Source: Dimargaris cristalligena (taxonomy: Eukaryota). Taken from it: a stretch of 20,000 nt of DNA. The position numbers were made by a program, and so were the translations under genes. The notes under the pieces are model-generated. The model ran no database searches. It was not told where the DNA came from and was given only the letters and a program-made list of their open reading frames with translations. Shown here in pieces: positions 19,647-20,000 of the stretch (the first letter of the stretch is position 1; every line of letters starts with the position of its first letter). The stretch lies in contig ML002219.1 of NCBI GenBank assembly GCA_003614675.1, forward strand, positions 60,187-80,186. Direction: 5' to 3'.

Positions 19647-19730
19647 TCCGAGAACCCGGATTTGAACCAGGGACCTAGAGATATCTTTAGAAACTACAGT
19701 CTCCCGCTCTACCAACTGAGCTATTCTCGG
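19647..19730 (-). tRNA. tRNA-Tyr(GTA) with an 11-nt intron (19683-19693)
   Basis: Minus strand reads CCGAGAA TA GCTC AGTTGGTA GAGC G GGAGA CT GTA G [TTTCTAAAGAT] A TCTCT AGGTC CCTGG TTCAAAT CCGGG TTCTCGG A. All stems pair, C1-G72/A73 are the eukaryotic Tyr identity elements, and the intron is at the canonical 37/38 position. Confidence 0.97.
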
Positions 19731-20000
19731 ATCTTGTAAGCATTTTTAAATGCGCTATTTATCAGGTGTACCCAGTTTACTCACGATGATTGGCCACGAT
19801 TCATTTTGGTAGATTTTTCCAAACCGTAGCGCTAACTATTTCCCCCATTGTGCGGGTTTCCTTTAACTGGAACTGATAGAACTAGTTAAAAACATACCAA
19901 CCCTTTTTTAGGATCGTGGTCACTCGTACAATTTCATTGGGTTAGTTTCCATCATCTTTCATATCCTTAAATATCCAAAGTCGTTAAAAATTTCCGCCAC

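Noticed and set aside
1-20000. CRISPR arrays, rRNA genes or prokaryotic operons
   Set aside because: No repeat-spacer periodicity or rRNA-like sequence was seen, and the gene structure is eukaryotic.

Overview
Eukaryotic, intron-containing genomic DNA, most likely fungal. The Caf1 and INCENP sequence types suggest a non-ascomycete, possibly early-diverging lineage (inference). From 5' to 3' the window holds: (1) the terminal exon of an unknown helical protein (209-1150, +); (2) a ~1.3 kb CpG-free, stop-riddled relic that may encode a DUF3505/OrsD-like zinc-finger protein; (3) an intronless INCENP/Pic1/Sli15 gene (3796-7512, -), head-to-head with (4) a four-exon CAF1/POP2/CNOT7 deadenylase gene (9773-11422, +); (5) a full-length but dead 1305-bp DD34D mariner with TIRs and a TA target-site duplication (11800-13104); (6) a GC-rich intergenic region with a long G.U-containing hairpin; (7) a Myb/SANT-like (trihelix-type) transcription factor gene (15794-17488, +); and (8) an intron-containing tRNA-Tyr(GTA) (19647-19730, -). 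The strongest signal is that both repeat-derived segments have lost every CpG over ~1.2-1.3 kb, with sharp edges, while host genes are CpG-rich. The mariner also shows CpA->TpA changes. This points to a repeat-targeted C->T hypermutation defence (methylation-driven or RIP-like). The mariner itself looks like the animal/arthropod type, which makes it a horizontal-transfer candidate.
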